Of a stretch of 64,000 nucleotides of DNA, positions 1-10,677 are shown one piece after another. Below the pieces are notes generated by a model. The model was given only the letters and a program-made list of their open reading frames with translations, searched no databases and had not been told where the DNA came from. Positions within the stretch are counted from its first letter, which is position 1, and the number at the start of each line of letters is the position of its first letter. Location: contig CAZUIF010000010.1 of NCBI GenBank assembly GCA_964621005.1, positions 43,368-107,367 of the forward strand, read 5' to 3'. The translations under genes were made by a program, and so were the position numbers. The DNA comes from an uncultured Rikenella sp. Its GTDB lineage: Bacteria; Bacteroidota; Bacteroidia; Bacteroidales; VadinHA17.

Positions 1-320
1 AGACAATGGTGAACAAGGTGAACCAGGATGTTGTAAGCCTTTTGATGAAGGGCACCATCCCTGCGGCAGCGGCTGCTCCTGATAATGTCAGGGAGGCCCA
101 GCGGCGCAAACAGGCAGACATGAGCAGGCTCAGGACGCAGAAGAGCGATTTTGACAGCTACCGCAGCGGCGGAGGAGGCTCTCCTGAACAGAGGCAGCAG
201 CAGATGGCCCCTGTCAGGGTTGAGAAGAAGGTAGGAAGGAACGATCCGTGCCCGTGCGGCAGCGGCAAGAAGTACAAACACTGTCACGGACAGGGACTGG
301 CTGATTCAGCCGGAGCATGA
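1..320 (+). CDS. secA: Preprotein translocase SecA, C-terminal end (starts before window)
   Basis: SEC-C motif [20 protein letters not shown] at the C-terminus. Confidence 0.9.
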   Translation, partial: TMVNKVNQDVVSLLMKGTIPAAAAAPDNVREAQRRKQADMSRLRTQKSDFDSYRSGGGGSPEQRQQQMAPVRVEKKVGRNDPCPCGSGKKYKHCHGQGLADSAGA

Positions 321-887
321 TTATGCCCGCGTCTCCGGATTCCCGATAAGGGAAAGGTAGTACATGGCATTTTCAAGGAAAAAGGCAAGGCTGAACGGCC
401 TGGGTGCCTTGATCATAAGGTCATATGGAGAATTCTCGGGCTCGCCGTTCATGTCCGGCCCTACCTTCATCGGTGCGGTTGAGATGGCTGTAAGCGCAGT
501 TAGCTGGAACAGTGACGAGGGATTGATGTCTATAAGCAGGTCAAACTTCTCTTCGGCAAATTTCCGGGCATCTTCCGAAACCGGAAAGAAAGCCCAGTTC
601 AAATCACTTTTTTTCAGGAATTTCATGTATGTGAGACCGGTAAGCCTGTCAGGAACGCTCTTTCCGGGGATCCATGCAAGTACCTCTACAGATTTGCCTG
701 CTTCCGAAAGCTGCCGGTTCAGGGCTGCAAGATGCTGAAAATCATTCTCAAAGGAAGCATCCCATAAAATCCCGATCTTCCTGACGCTGTCAAGGCTAAA
801 ATCCTGCTTCATCCTTCTCAGGGCTGCGAGGCGCCTGTGAAGTATCATCCTGCCGGCTTTCAACCTTAAACTGACCATAAGTCCCAT
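321..887 (-). CDS. Conserved Bacteroidota hypothetical protein (DUF6913-like)
   Basis: 188 aa ORF directly downstream of ligA; KIGIL...FDLLIDI pattern recalled from DUF6913 proteins. Confidence 0.55.
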   Translation of the reverse strand: MGLMVSLRLKAGRMILHRRLAALRRMKQDFSLDSVRKIGILWDASFENDFQHLAALNRQLSEAGKSVEVLAWIPGKSVPDRLTGLTYMKFLKKSDLNWAFFPVSEDARKFAEEKFDLLIDINPSSLFQLTALTAISTAPMKVGPDMNGEPENSPYDLMIKAPRPFSLAFFLENAMYYLSLIGNPETRA

Positions 888-936
888 AAGAATGCAAACC
901 TATAGAATTTTTGTTTTATCAGGATTACAGAACTGA

Positions 937-2976
<2,040 letters not shown>

Positions 2977-4095
2977 TTAACTCCACACCCCGGGTATCCT
3001 GGTCCCGCAGGTGCATTTCCCCCCGGTGAGCGCCTGCGACACTATCCTGTAACCGCTCCTGTCCACCACCTTCTTCCCGCATGAGGGACAGACGGTATCG
3101 TCATTCCCGGCACCGGGGAGATTACCTACATAGACGTATTTCATCCCTTCAGCCCTGGCTGTTTCGGCTGCCTTTGTCAGGATTCCGGCAGGGGTGGGAG
3201 GCAGGTGCTCCAGCCTGTACTGCGGCTGGAAACGGCTGAAGTGAAGCGGTGTGTCAGTGAATCCGTTCTCAGCCAGCCAGTTGCACATCTGCTTTATCTC
3301 ATCAGGCTTGTCGGTCCAACCTGGTACAACAAGGTTGGTTATCTCCAGCCAGACACCTTCGTCACGGTAGGTCTTCAGGCTGTCAAGGATGGGCTGGAGA
3401 CGTCCTCCGGTAAGCTTGAGATATGTGCTGTCAGTAAATGATTTAAGGTCTATGTTGGCACCGTCAATGTAACGGCAGAGCTGTTTCAGCGGTTCCCTGT
3501 TGATATAGCCGTTTGAGACTATGATATTTTTTATTCCTGCATCTCTTGCAAGTTTTGATGTCTCGTAAACATATTCGTAAAAGGTGACAGGCTCCGAATA
3601 TGTGTATGCTATTGATCTGCAGCTGCCGGCAACTGCCTGTGACACGACGCCTGCCGGTGGCAGGTCGTAATTCCTTGTCTTGTCTGGAGATGTCTGCGAG
3701 ATGGTCCAGTTCTGGCAGTTGAGACATACGAGGTTGCATCCGGCAGTGGCGATTGAAAAGGCAGTGGACCCGGGCAGGAAGTGATACATCGGTTTCTTTT
3801 CAACCGGGTCAATGTTGACTGCACACGGATTGCCGAATGCCATCGTATAAAGCTTTGAATTTCTTGCTATTCTGTTGTGGCAGTCGCTCAGTTCACCGTC
3901 CTTGAGAGTACATTCGTTGGGACAGATCAGGCAGACGACACCCCTGGGGCTCTCCTCCTGGAACATCGCCAGTCTTTCTCCAGGTGCCGGCTTCATCGCC
4001 CCGGATGGGAGAGGGGCAAAAAAACCTGCTGCCAGGGCCAGTGATCCGTTCCTTGCAAAACTCCTCCGTGATATCTTATTACCTTTGTTGTTCAA
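2977..4095 (-). CDS. amrS: AmmeMemoRadiSam system radical SAM enzyme with Tat-like N-terminus
   Basis: CNLVCLNCQN radical SAM motif, DPVEKKPMYHF and YTYSEP motifs; TTG start; SRRSF twin-arginine motif. Confidence 0.9.
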   Translation of the reverse strand: MNNKGNKISRRSFARNGSLALAAGFFAPLPSGAMKPAPGERLAMFQEESPRGVVCLICPNECTLKDGELSDCHNRIARNSKLYTMAFGNPCAVNIDPVEKKPMYHFLPGSTAFSIATAGCNLVCLNCQNWTISQTSPDKTRNYDLPPAGVVSQAVAGSCRSIAYTYSEPVTFYEYVYETSKLARDAGIKNIIVSNGYINREPLKQLCRYIDGANIDLKSFTDSTYLKLTGGRLQPILDSLKTYRDEGVWLEITNLVVPGWTDKPDEIKQMCNWLAENGFTDTPLHFSRFQPQYRLEHLPPTPAGILTKAAETARAEGMKYVYVGNLPGAGNDDTVCPSCGKKVVDRSGYRIVSQALTGGKCTCGTRIPGVWS

Positions 4096-4126
4096 TCTGT
4101 TACGGATTCCATTGACGATTGTAAAT

Positions 4127-6553
4127 CTACTCTTTTATAGTCACAGATGCAACAATGCCTGACAGCAAAATGAAGAGGGCCAGGATAAAACAGGCATTGG
4201 CTGTTCCTGCAAGGGGGACGAGCAGGGTTGCCACTGTAAGGTAACCAAGGGCAGATCCGGCAGTATCTGCCGCATAGATGTTTCCGGTGTGGCTTCCCAG
4301 GGCCCCGGAGGTAAGGTTCCTGTATATGGCGCCGGTGACTATCCCTGCCGCAGGTACTGTAATAAAAATGAATGCAAGCACGGCGCCGTGGGCTGATACA
4401 ACAAGGGCAGGCGCAAGGATGCCGGTGAGGGTTATGATGCCTGTAAGAGTCAGTACGCTGACCTTCAGGCCCTCCATTGCCAGACGGTCACCCAATGCTG
4501 CCCCCGCAGCAAGGCCCGCCATCAGGAGTGTCAGTATCACTGCGGACAGTATGTATATGTTCCCCGCCGTCATCTGCAGGATGAATATCATTATCATGCC
4601 GAAACCCGCCAGTCCTGCGGATGAAGCAAACATCACCAGTCCTCCGCGCTGGACAAAGGCCGGGGGGATGATTATAAGCAGCACCAGCAGTGCTATGATG
4701 CCTCCCCTCATACCCATTCTTTCAAGGGAAAGGAGGTTTGAAAAGAGTGAGGAGACCGGCCTGAGCGCCGTATTCATCCTTGCTTTCCGGTCAACGTGAG
4801 ACAGTATCTGTTCGGCCCTGGCCTTTATCTCACTGTCATTGAGATAGTCGCTGTTTACATAGTCGCCTTGGATGCCCCGCTGGCCGGCAAGTTGTACAAT
4901 GGCAGGGGATACCGGTGCACCGGACGCAACGGCATACAGCAGCGAGCCCGGGATAAGGGTGACATGGCTGAAAGCGGCCGACAGTGCGTTGAAGAACGGG
5001 GAGAATCCCTTCCGGAAGCTGTCAGGCGAATAGTTGAACCATGGCATCGGGGTGCACATGAAGATCCCCTCCGGGGTGAGCTGCTCCCTTACAAGGCGAA
5101 AGTACTCGGTGGTATAGAACCTGCTGACTGACAGGGTTGAAGGAGGCGGAATCAGCTGAATTACCGCGTCCCATGATCCGCCGTCAGCCCTGAGGAAGGT
5201 AACAGGGTCATCCCGGACAACCTTCACCTGCATTGATCCGCACAGGGTATCCCGAGCTCCTTCGGCTTCAATGAGTCCCGGATCCATCTCCAGGTATGTC
5301 AGTTCCCGTATGTTGTATTTCAGCAGTTCAGGCAGGTGTCTTCTGAGACCGCCGGATATCATCAGCACCCTTTCGCAGCTGTTGCGCTGCAGGAGTGCAT
5401 AGTGTATGTTCTCTTCTGCTGAAACCACATCTCCCGGAAAGTAGAGAGGCCGGTGGTCGTAGAATACGGTGCGTTCACCGCTGTAGGTACCGGTGGTGAT
5501 GTTCCCGAACTGCGTATCAATGCTTTTTTCAGCCTTTACGCCCCGGAGGAGAAGGCTCCTTACTGCCGGGTCGGGCGGAAAAACGAACAGCAGGAATCCC
5601 AGCGGAAACAGGGCAGCCATTGCTGCAATCCTGATTTTCTTCGAATAACCCAGGAACCAGGCTGCAAATACCGAAGCCCCGAGAAGTATCAGCAGGTAAA
5701 GCTGGTAGTTGGATATCCTGAGCGCAACTGTCAGTGCCGTGACGGCGCCGGCGAACACAGAACCTGCCGTCTCAGCGGCAAAGCTGTGACCGGGGCTGGC
5801 TTTCCCTGCACTGCTCCTTAAAACAGCCATCCGCACGAATATCAGTGAAGAGATGAAAGTCACCGGAGCAACCGTTACCGACAGTATAAAAAGCTCCTGG
5901 AGGAAGGAGGGGGTCTGCCCGGGGCTGAGGATGATCGTGTTCATCATAAGGAAACAGAGAGGAGCCAGGGTGGTGCCGGCAAGCAATGTCCACACCATTC
6001 TTCTCACGGAGGTTATTGACGAGCGTTTTCCGGTCATGGCGCCACCGGCTGCAATGATCAGCCAGAGCCAAAGGAACAGGCCTGAAGTGACTTCGGTGCC
6101 TCCGCCGAGTATGCCCGCCTCGCGCATCAGCAGGAACTGCGATGCTGTGCTCACGAACCCCGTAAGGAGCAGCAGCGGCCTCAGACCCCCTGCGGGCATC
6201 ATTGCGGCCGGCGGCGCTTCAGCCGGTGCGTGCCCGTTGTCACGCACACTCGATTTTTTAACGTAGTATCCGAGGTGCCAAGTGAGGTGAATGAATGCTG
6301 CAAAAGCCATAGCGATGCCTGCCTCTACATGCCAGTGCAGCAGCGTCTCCGCCCAGGGCACTTCCCATCTGTAGGTGATGCGCAGGGCCAGGAAAAGGCC
6401 GAAGAGAGCGGCTGCAAGAAACGCCGCGAGCAATACCCAGTTCCAGAAACGGCGGTGAGAATGCCTGGCAGTGAATCCCGAGGCTGACAGGTAGAGGGAG
6501 AAAAGGTAAATGACCAGGAGGGTCACCCCTATAGGCACAACATGATATGTCAT
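4127..6553 (-). CDS. Polytopic membrane protein with spermidine-synthase-like (class I SAM-binding fold) domain and N-terminal His-containing membrane module
   Basis: Many TM segments around a soluble domain (LMISGG, LEMDP, DDPVTFL, FYTTEYF); N-terminal HRRFWN...WHVEAG...IHLTWH resembles DUF4405. Confidence 0.7.
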   Translation of the reverse strand: MTYHVVPIGVTLLVIYLFSLYLSASGFTARHSHRRFWNWVLLAAFLAAALFGLFLALRITYRWEVPWAETLLHWHVEAGIAMAFAAFIHLTWHLGYYVKKSSVRDNGHAPAEAPPAAMMPAGGLRPLLLLTGFVSTASQFLLMREAGILGGGTEVTSGLFLWLWLIIAAGGAMTGKRSSITSVRRMVWTLLAGTTLAPLCFLMMNTIILSPGQTPSFLQELFILSVTVAPVTFISSLIFVRMAVLRSSAGKASPGHSFAAETAGSVFAGAVTALTVALRISNYQLYLLILLGASVFAAWFLGYSKKIRIAAMAALFPLGFLLFVFPPDPAVRSLLLRGVKAEKSIDTQFGNITTGTYSGERTVFYDHRPLYFPGDVVSAEENIHYALLQRNSCERVLMISGGLRRHLPELLKYNIRELTYLEMDPGLIEAEGARDTLCGSMQVKVVRDDPVTFLRADGGSWDAVIQLIPPPSTLSVSRFYTTEYFRLVREQLTPEGIFMCTPMPWFNYSPDSFRKGFSPFFNALSAAFSHVTLIPGSLLYAVASGAPVSPAIVQLAGQRGIQGDYVNSDYLNDSEIKARAEQILSHVDRKARMNTALRPVSSLFSNLLSLERMGMRGGIIALLVLLIIIPPAFVQRGGLVMFASSAGLAGFGMIMIFILQMTAGNIYILSAVILTLLMAGLAAGAALGDRLAMEGLKVSVLTLTGIITLTGILAPALVVSAHGAVLAFIFITVPAAGIVTGAIYRNLTSGALGSHTGNIYAADTAGSALGYLTVATLLVPLAGTANACFILALFILLSGIVASVTIKE

Positions 6554-8139
6554 TTCTTCTCCTGTTCGCCAAAGACATAAGCCTCATACACAAAGATCTC
6601 AGTCTGGCTGTCCTTCCACCCGTCCCAGCCGATCCCGGCCTTGTCGCGGGCGCAGTAACCGAGGAACTGCTCCACGGTCCATCCCCGTTCGGTGGCAACC
6701 TGCGGCAGCAGTGTCCCTGAGCGGTACCCCTTTTTCAGGTAGATACCATGACGGCCGATCTTTATATCGCTGATGCCGGTGATCTTCTTCATGGGCCCGA
6801 GGACAGAAATTTCAACATGAATTGACGGGTACTCTGCCTTTGTCAGTGCCGGGAACCTTGGGTCACCGAATGCTGCCTCCAGGGCCATGGCGGAAACCAC
6901 CTCCCAGAGTGGTTCCTGTGAGGTGAACCTGCCTATGCAACCCCGCAGGTCACCGTCCTTCGTAAGGGTGACGAACACCCCCAGCGGCTCCCTTAGCCGT
7001 GTGGTAAGCCTGCTTTCATCCACGGCAGCGGGCTTCCTTCCGTTCAGCCTCGCCAGGATGGATTCGCGTGCAATCCCCAGAAGCGTCTGCTTTTCAGCTG
7101 CTGTAAGAGTAAAAGGTTCATCCGTGCCTCCATTGTCAATCATTGCGGCGGCAGGACCATGCCCTGCAGGAGTGTCATGTGAGACCGCATCACCGTTCGC
7201 AGGTGCACTTCCCATGGCGACTTCTGTTTTCCTCTCCAGCACTATGGCATTGTAACCCACCACTTCTTCCCTTGATCCGACCCTTGCATCACCCGAGTTC
7301 ATGTATTCCACGTTGCGGAAATGCAGCTCCGGGCTTTTGTCAGCCAGGTAGAGCAGCACCACCCCGGCAGGCCAGCCGCACATTGCAGTGGCAAGGTTTT
7401 CAGTACCTGATGACTCAATGTTCTTTATAGTCCGGAGAAATGCTTCGGGATCGCCCTTTATGATGGCATCACTGGCAAGCCTGTCGACGCGTTTCGCATC
7501 CTCGTATGAGGGATAGTGCGAAAAATCACTGCTGATGACAAACAGGTTGCGGTCATTGAACCATGGCTGAAGGCCTGCGGCTATCGCCTTAAGCACCGTT
7601 GTGTTCCTGGTGCCGATCAGTATCGGGACGATTGCCGGGGGATCTTTAAAATGATACTGTATGAACGGAAGCTGCACTTCGAGCGAATGCTCAGGTCCGT
7701 GCGCCTCGTCCTTCCCGATGAACCATCTGTTTGCTGATTTAAGGAAGTCGCCCAGTTCCCTGTTGACCTTCAGTGTCCCGAGCGGTGTCACCAGGTTCCC
7801 GCTGCTGAATACTGCAGCTCCTTCAAATCCGTATCTGTGGCTTACCCCTATAAGGAAGATATTGTCATATTTTGCCCCTGCAGGGATGGCTGCATAGCCC
7901 GCTGCAGCCGTATGCCCTGAATAGACATAGCCGGCATGAGGCACTATAATGGCCCTGACCATTACCCCTGGGCTGGGTTTTTCAAATGATGCAAAGTACC
8001 CTTCAAGTTCACTTCTGAGCCTTTCACTGACAGAGGGATAGAAACTCCCTGAGACTACAGGCTGCCTGTCACGTTCCTGACCGAATATGTTCATGAGCGG
8101 AATAATTGACATTACCAGGATAATACAAACCGTTTTCAT
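6550..8139 (-). CDS. AmrB (MEMO1-like)-AmrA (AMMECR1-like) fusion with signal peptide
   Basis: PVVSGSFYP, IVPHAGYVYSG, EHSLEVQLP, SSDFSHY (AmrB); GVFVTL...LRGCIG, DPRF, TLLPQV (AmrA). Confidence 0.92.
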   Translation of the reverse strand: MKTVCIILVMSIIPLMNIFGQERDRQPVVSGSFYPSVSERLRSELEGYFASFEKPSPGVMVRAIIVPHAGYVYSGHTAAAGYAAIPAGAKYDNIFLIGVSHRYGFEGAAVFSSGNLVTPLGTLKVNRELGDFLKSANRWFIGKDEAHGPEHSLEVQLPFIQYHFKDPPAIVPILIGTRNTTVLKAIAAGLQPWFNDRNLFVISSDFSHYPSYEDAKRVDRLASDAIIKGDPEAFLRTIKNIESSGTENLATAMCGWPAGVVLLYLADKSPELHFRNVEYMNSGDARVGSREEVVGYNAIVLERKTEVAMGSAPANGDAVSHDTPAGHGPAAAMIDNGGTDEPFTLTAAEKQTLLGIARESILARLNGRKPAAVDESRLTTRLREPLGVFVTLTKDGDLRGCIGRFTSQEPLWEVVSAMALEAAFGDPRFPALTKAEYPSIHVEISVLGPMKKITGISDIKIGRHGIYLKKGYRSGTLLPQVATERGWTVEQFLGYCARDKAGIGWDGWKDSQTEIFVYEAYVFGEQEKK

Positions 8140-8202
8140 GGCAAAAGCAGTTGCATCCTGTAAAGTTAAGCAAAAAACCGGTAAAACCCGAGGCTGTTTC
8201 CG

Positions 8203-8661
8203 TCAGATGAGAACGATGTTCTCCTTCAGTGTATTTCCGTCTTCATCAATGCCGTAGAGCCTGATTCCGACACTGCATGTTGCATCAGCGGTGACATCCA
8301 GGAACGGGGAGAGCGATTCCCTTACATCCTCTTCTCCCATCGAGTCATATTCCTCAATGTCGAAATAGAGATGCACAAACAGTATATGATCACTCTTCCT
8401 GATCTTCGTCAGCACTTTCAGGATCTTCCCCATCCATATTACAGATGAAGTATTGAAGTAATCGACATTGAACTTTAGATTGGTACTTTCAGCCGGGTTC
8501 TTGGCATACTCTGACGCCCACTTGTAAAGTGGCTCGAAGAAACCTGAGGCGTTTTCAGGCAGCGATTTGCCTGTAAATGTTAGAATTCCGGTGGCTGCAG
8601 TAAAACTAACCTGCGGTGTTTTAGAGGTAGCCTCAATTCGTATATCCTGCAATTTTACCAT
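8203..8661 (-). CDS. SiaC-family (DUF1987) regulatory protein
   Basis: TSKTPQV, GKSLPENA and YFNTSS motifs; 152 aa. Confidence 0.8.
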   Translation of the reverse strand: MVKLQDIRIEATSKTPQVSFTAATGILTFTGKSLPENASGFFEPLYKWASEYAKNPAESTNLKFNVDYFNTSSVIWMGKILKVLTKIRKSDHILFVHLYFDIEEYDSMGEEDVRESLSPFLDVTADATCSVGIRLYGIDEDGNTLKENIVLI

Positions 8662-8841
8662 AAGATGTCGTTCCTTCCCTTGTTTTGCACTATTGCCCCA
8701 ATGTCAACACTAAAGGTAACCTGTTTTTTCAGACCGTGTTCGGGTTTTCGTCAAAAAATAATAAACAGTTATCAACTTTTTTAAACAATTTATCCCCCGT
8801 CCGGCGATGATTTTCAGGCTGAAACTAATGAACTAATATAC

Positions 8842-8849
8842 TATATTTG
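8842..8849 (+). promoter_or_regulatory. Bacteroidota housekeeping promoter -7 element for argS
   Basis: TATATTTG matches TAnnTTTG, 13 bp before the ORF. Confidence 0.65.
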
Positions 8850-8862
8850 CAGCCATAAATGA

Positions 8863-10656
8863 ATGAGGATGGAAAAGCTGCTCAGATCGGGGATAAAAGA
8901 GGCTGTCAGAACACTTTACGGTGTCAGTGCGGATGATGATCTGCTTCAGATTCAGAAGACACGCAGGGAGTTTGAGGGCGACTTTACCCTGGTTGTTTTT
9001 CCCCTTTCGAAAGTAACCCGCCGCAGTCCCGAGCAGACAGCGAATGAAATTGGTGAATACCTGAAAGACAGGATTGACGCCGTCAGCGGGTACAATGTGA
9101 TCAAGGGCTTCCTGAACCTTGCAATCTCACCGGCGGAATGGGGCAAACGGCTTTCTGAAATGCATGCCGATGCAGGATACGGCTTTACTGCTCCCGGTAC
9201 TGAAGCACGAACGGTGGTAATTGAATACTCATCACCAAACACCAACAAACCCCTTCACCTTGGGCATATACGCAACAACCTTCTGGGATTCTCACTCTCA
9301 AGGATAATCGCCGCAGCCGGGAACAGGGTCATACGGACCAACATTGTCAATGACCGGGGTATCCACATCTGCAAGTCGATGCTTGCATGGCAGAAGTACA
9401 GCAACGGCCGCACACCGGCCTCGGAGGGGATCAAGGGAGACCATTTCGTGGGCGACTACTACGTCCTCTTTGAAAAGAAGCTGAAGGAGCAGGCAGAAGA
9501 GCTTATCGCCGGAGGAGCGGCACCGGAGGAAGCCAGGGAAAACGCTCCTCTCATGCAGGAAGCCCGCCGCCTTCTGCTGAAATGGGAGGCTGGCGACCCG
9601 GAAACGGTTAACCTGTGGCAGATGATGAACTCATGGGTTTACGAAGGCTTCGACGTTACATACAGGGCGCTGGGGGTTGAGTTTGACAGGATTTACTACG
9701 AATCGGATACATACAAGGTAGGAAAGGAGATCGTCCTTCGCTCCCTCAGGGAGGGTCACCTTGTACAGAAGGAGGATGGCTCGGTATGGATAGACCTGAC
9801 AGCTGACAGGCTTGATCAGAAGCTCCTTCTCCGTTCTGACGGTACTGCTGTCTATATGACGCAGGACCTGGGCACAGCCGTGATCAGGTATGACGATTAC
9901 CATTTTGACAGCCACATATACGTCGTGGGCAACGAGCAGAACTATCACTTCCAGGTGCTTACCCTGACCCTGCAGCGTATGGGCTACGGATGGGCAAAGG
10001 GATTGCACCATTTTTCATACGGGATGGTGGAACTGCCTGAAGGAAAGATGAAATCACGTGAAGGTAAGGTGGTGGATGCCGATGACCTCGTTGAGGAGAT
10101 GACCGCCACAGCCACCTCCATGTCCCAGGAACTGGGCAAGCTCGCCGGATACACAGAAACAGAGAAACAGAATATCTGCAGGCAGATAGGTCTTGGAGCC
10201 CTTAAATACTTCATACTGAAGGTAGATCCAAAAAAGAACATGACCTTCAATCCGCAGGAGTCCATTGACTTCAACGGAAACACCGGACCGTTCATACAGT
10301 ATACCTATGCGCGGATCAGGTCAGTAATGAAGAAGGCAGAGGAGACAGGCACGGTATATACTTCAGCACCGGCCGCGGAGGTTACACCCAATGCGAAGGA
10401 GACGGCGGTTATACGACTCCTGAACGATTTCGGTCCCCTGGTATCAGAGGCTGCCGGGGAACTGAGCCCTGCCCTGATAGCAAACTACTGCTATGACCTG
10501 GCAAGGGAGTTCAACCAGTTTTACCATGATTACTCGATCCTTGGAGAGGAGGATAAAGAGATCCGCAGCTTCCGGCTGAAGCTGTCGGAACTGACCGGGA
10601 GGGTACTGGAAAAAGGGTTGTACCTGCTTGGAATTGAAGCCCCTGAAAGAATGTAA
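8863..10656 (+). CDS. argS: Arginine--tRNA ligase
   Basis: SSPNTNKPLHLGH (HIGH), KMKSREG, FNGNTGPFIQYTYARI. Confidence 0.97.
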   Translation: MRMEKLLRSGIKEAVRTLYGVSADDDLLQIQKTRREFEGDFTLVVFPLSKVTRRSPEQTANEIGEYLKDRIDAVSGYNVIKGFLNLAISPAEWGKRLSEMHADAGYGFTAPGTEARTVVIEYSSPNTNKPLHLGHIRNNLLGFSLSRIIAAAGNRVIRTNIVNDRGIHICKSMLAWQKYSNGRTPASEGIKGDHFVGDYYVLFEKKLKEQAEELIAGGAAPEEARENAPLMQEARRLLLKWEAGDPETVNLWQMMNSWVYEGFDVTYRALGVEFDRIYYESDTYKVGKEIVLRSLREGHLVQKEDGSVWIDLTADRLDQKLLLRSDGTAVYMTQDLGTAVIRYDDYHFDSHIYVVGNEQNYHFQVLTLTLQRMGYGWAKGLHHFSYGMVELPEGKMKSREGKVVDADDLVEEMTATATSMSQELGKLAGYTETEKQNICRQIGLGALKYFILKVDPKKNMTFNPQESIDFNGNTGPFIQYTYARIRSVMKKAEETGTVYTSAPAAEVTPNAKETAVIRLLNDFGPLVSEAAGELSPALIANYCYDLAREFNQFYHDYSILGEEDKEIRSFRLKLSELTGRVLEKGLYLLGIEAPERM

Positions 10657-10677
10657 AAACTTTATTATCATATAATT

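Noticed and set aside
321-887. DUF6913-like gene without an adjacent dapA
   Set aside because: Probably simple rearrangement; family call is from memory only
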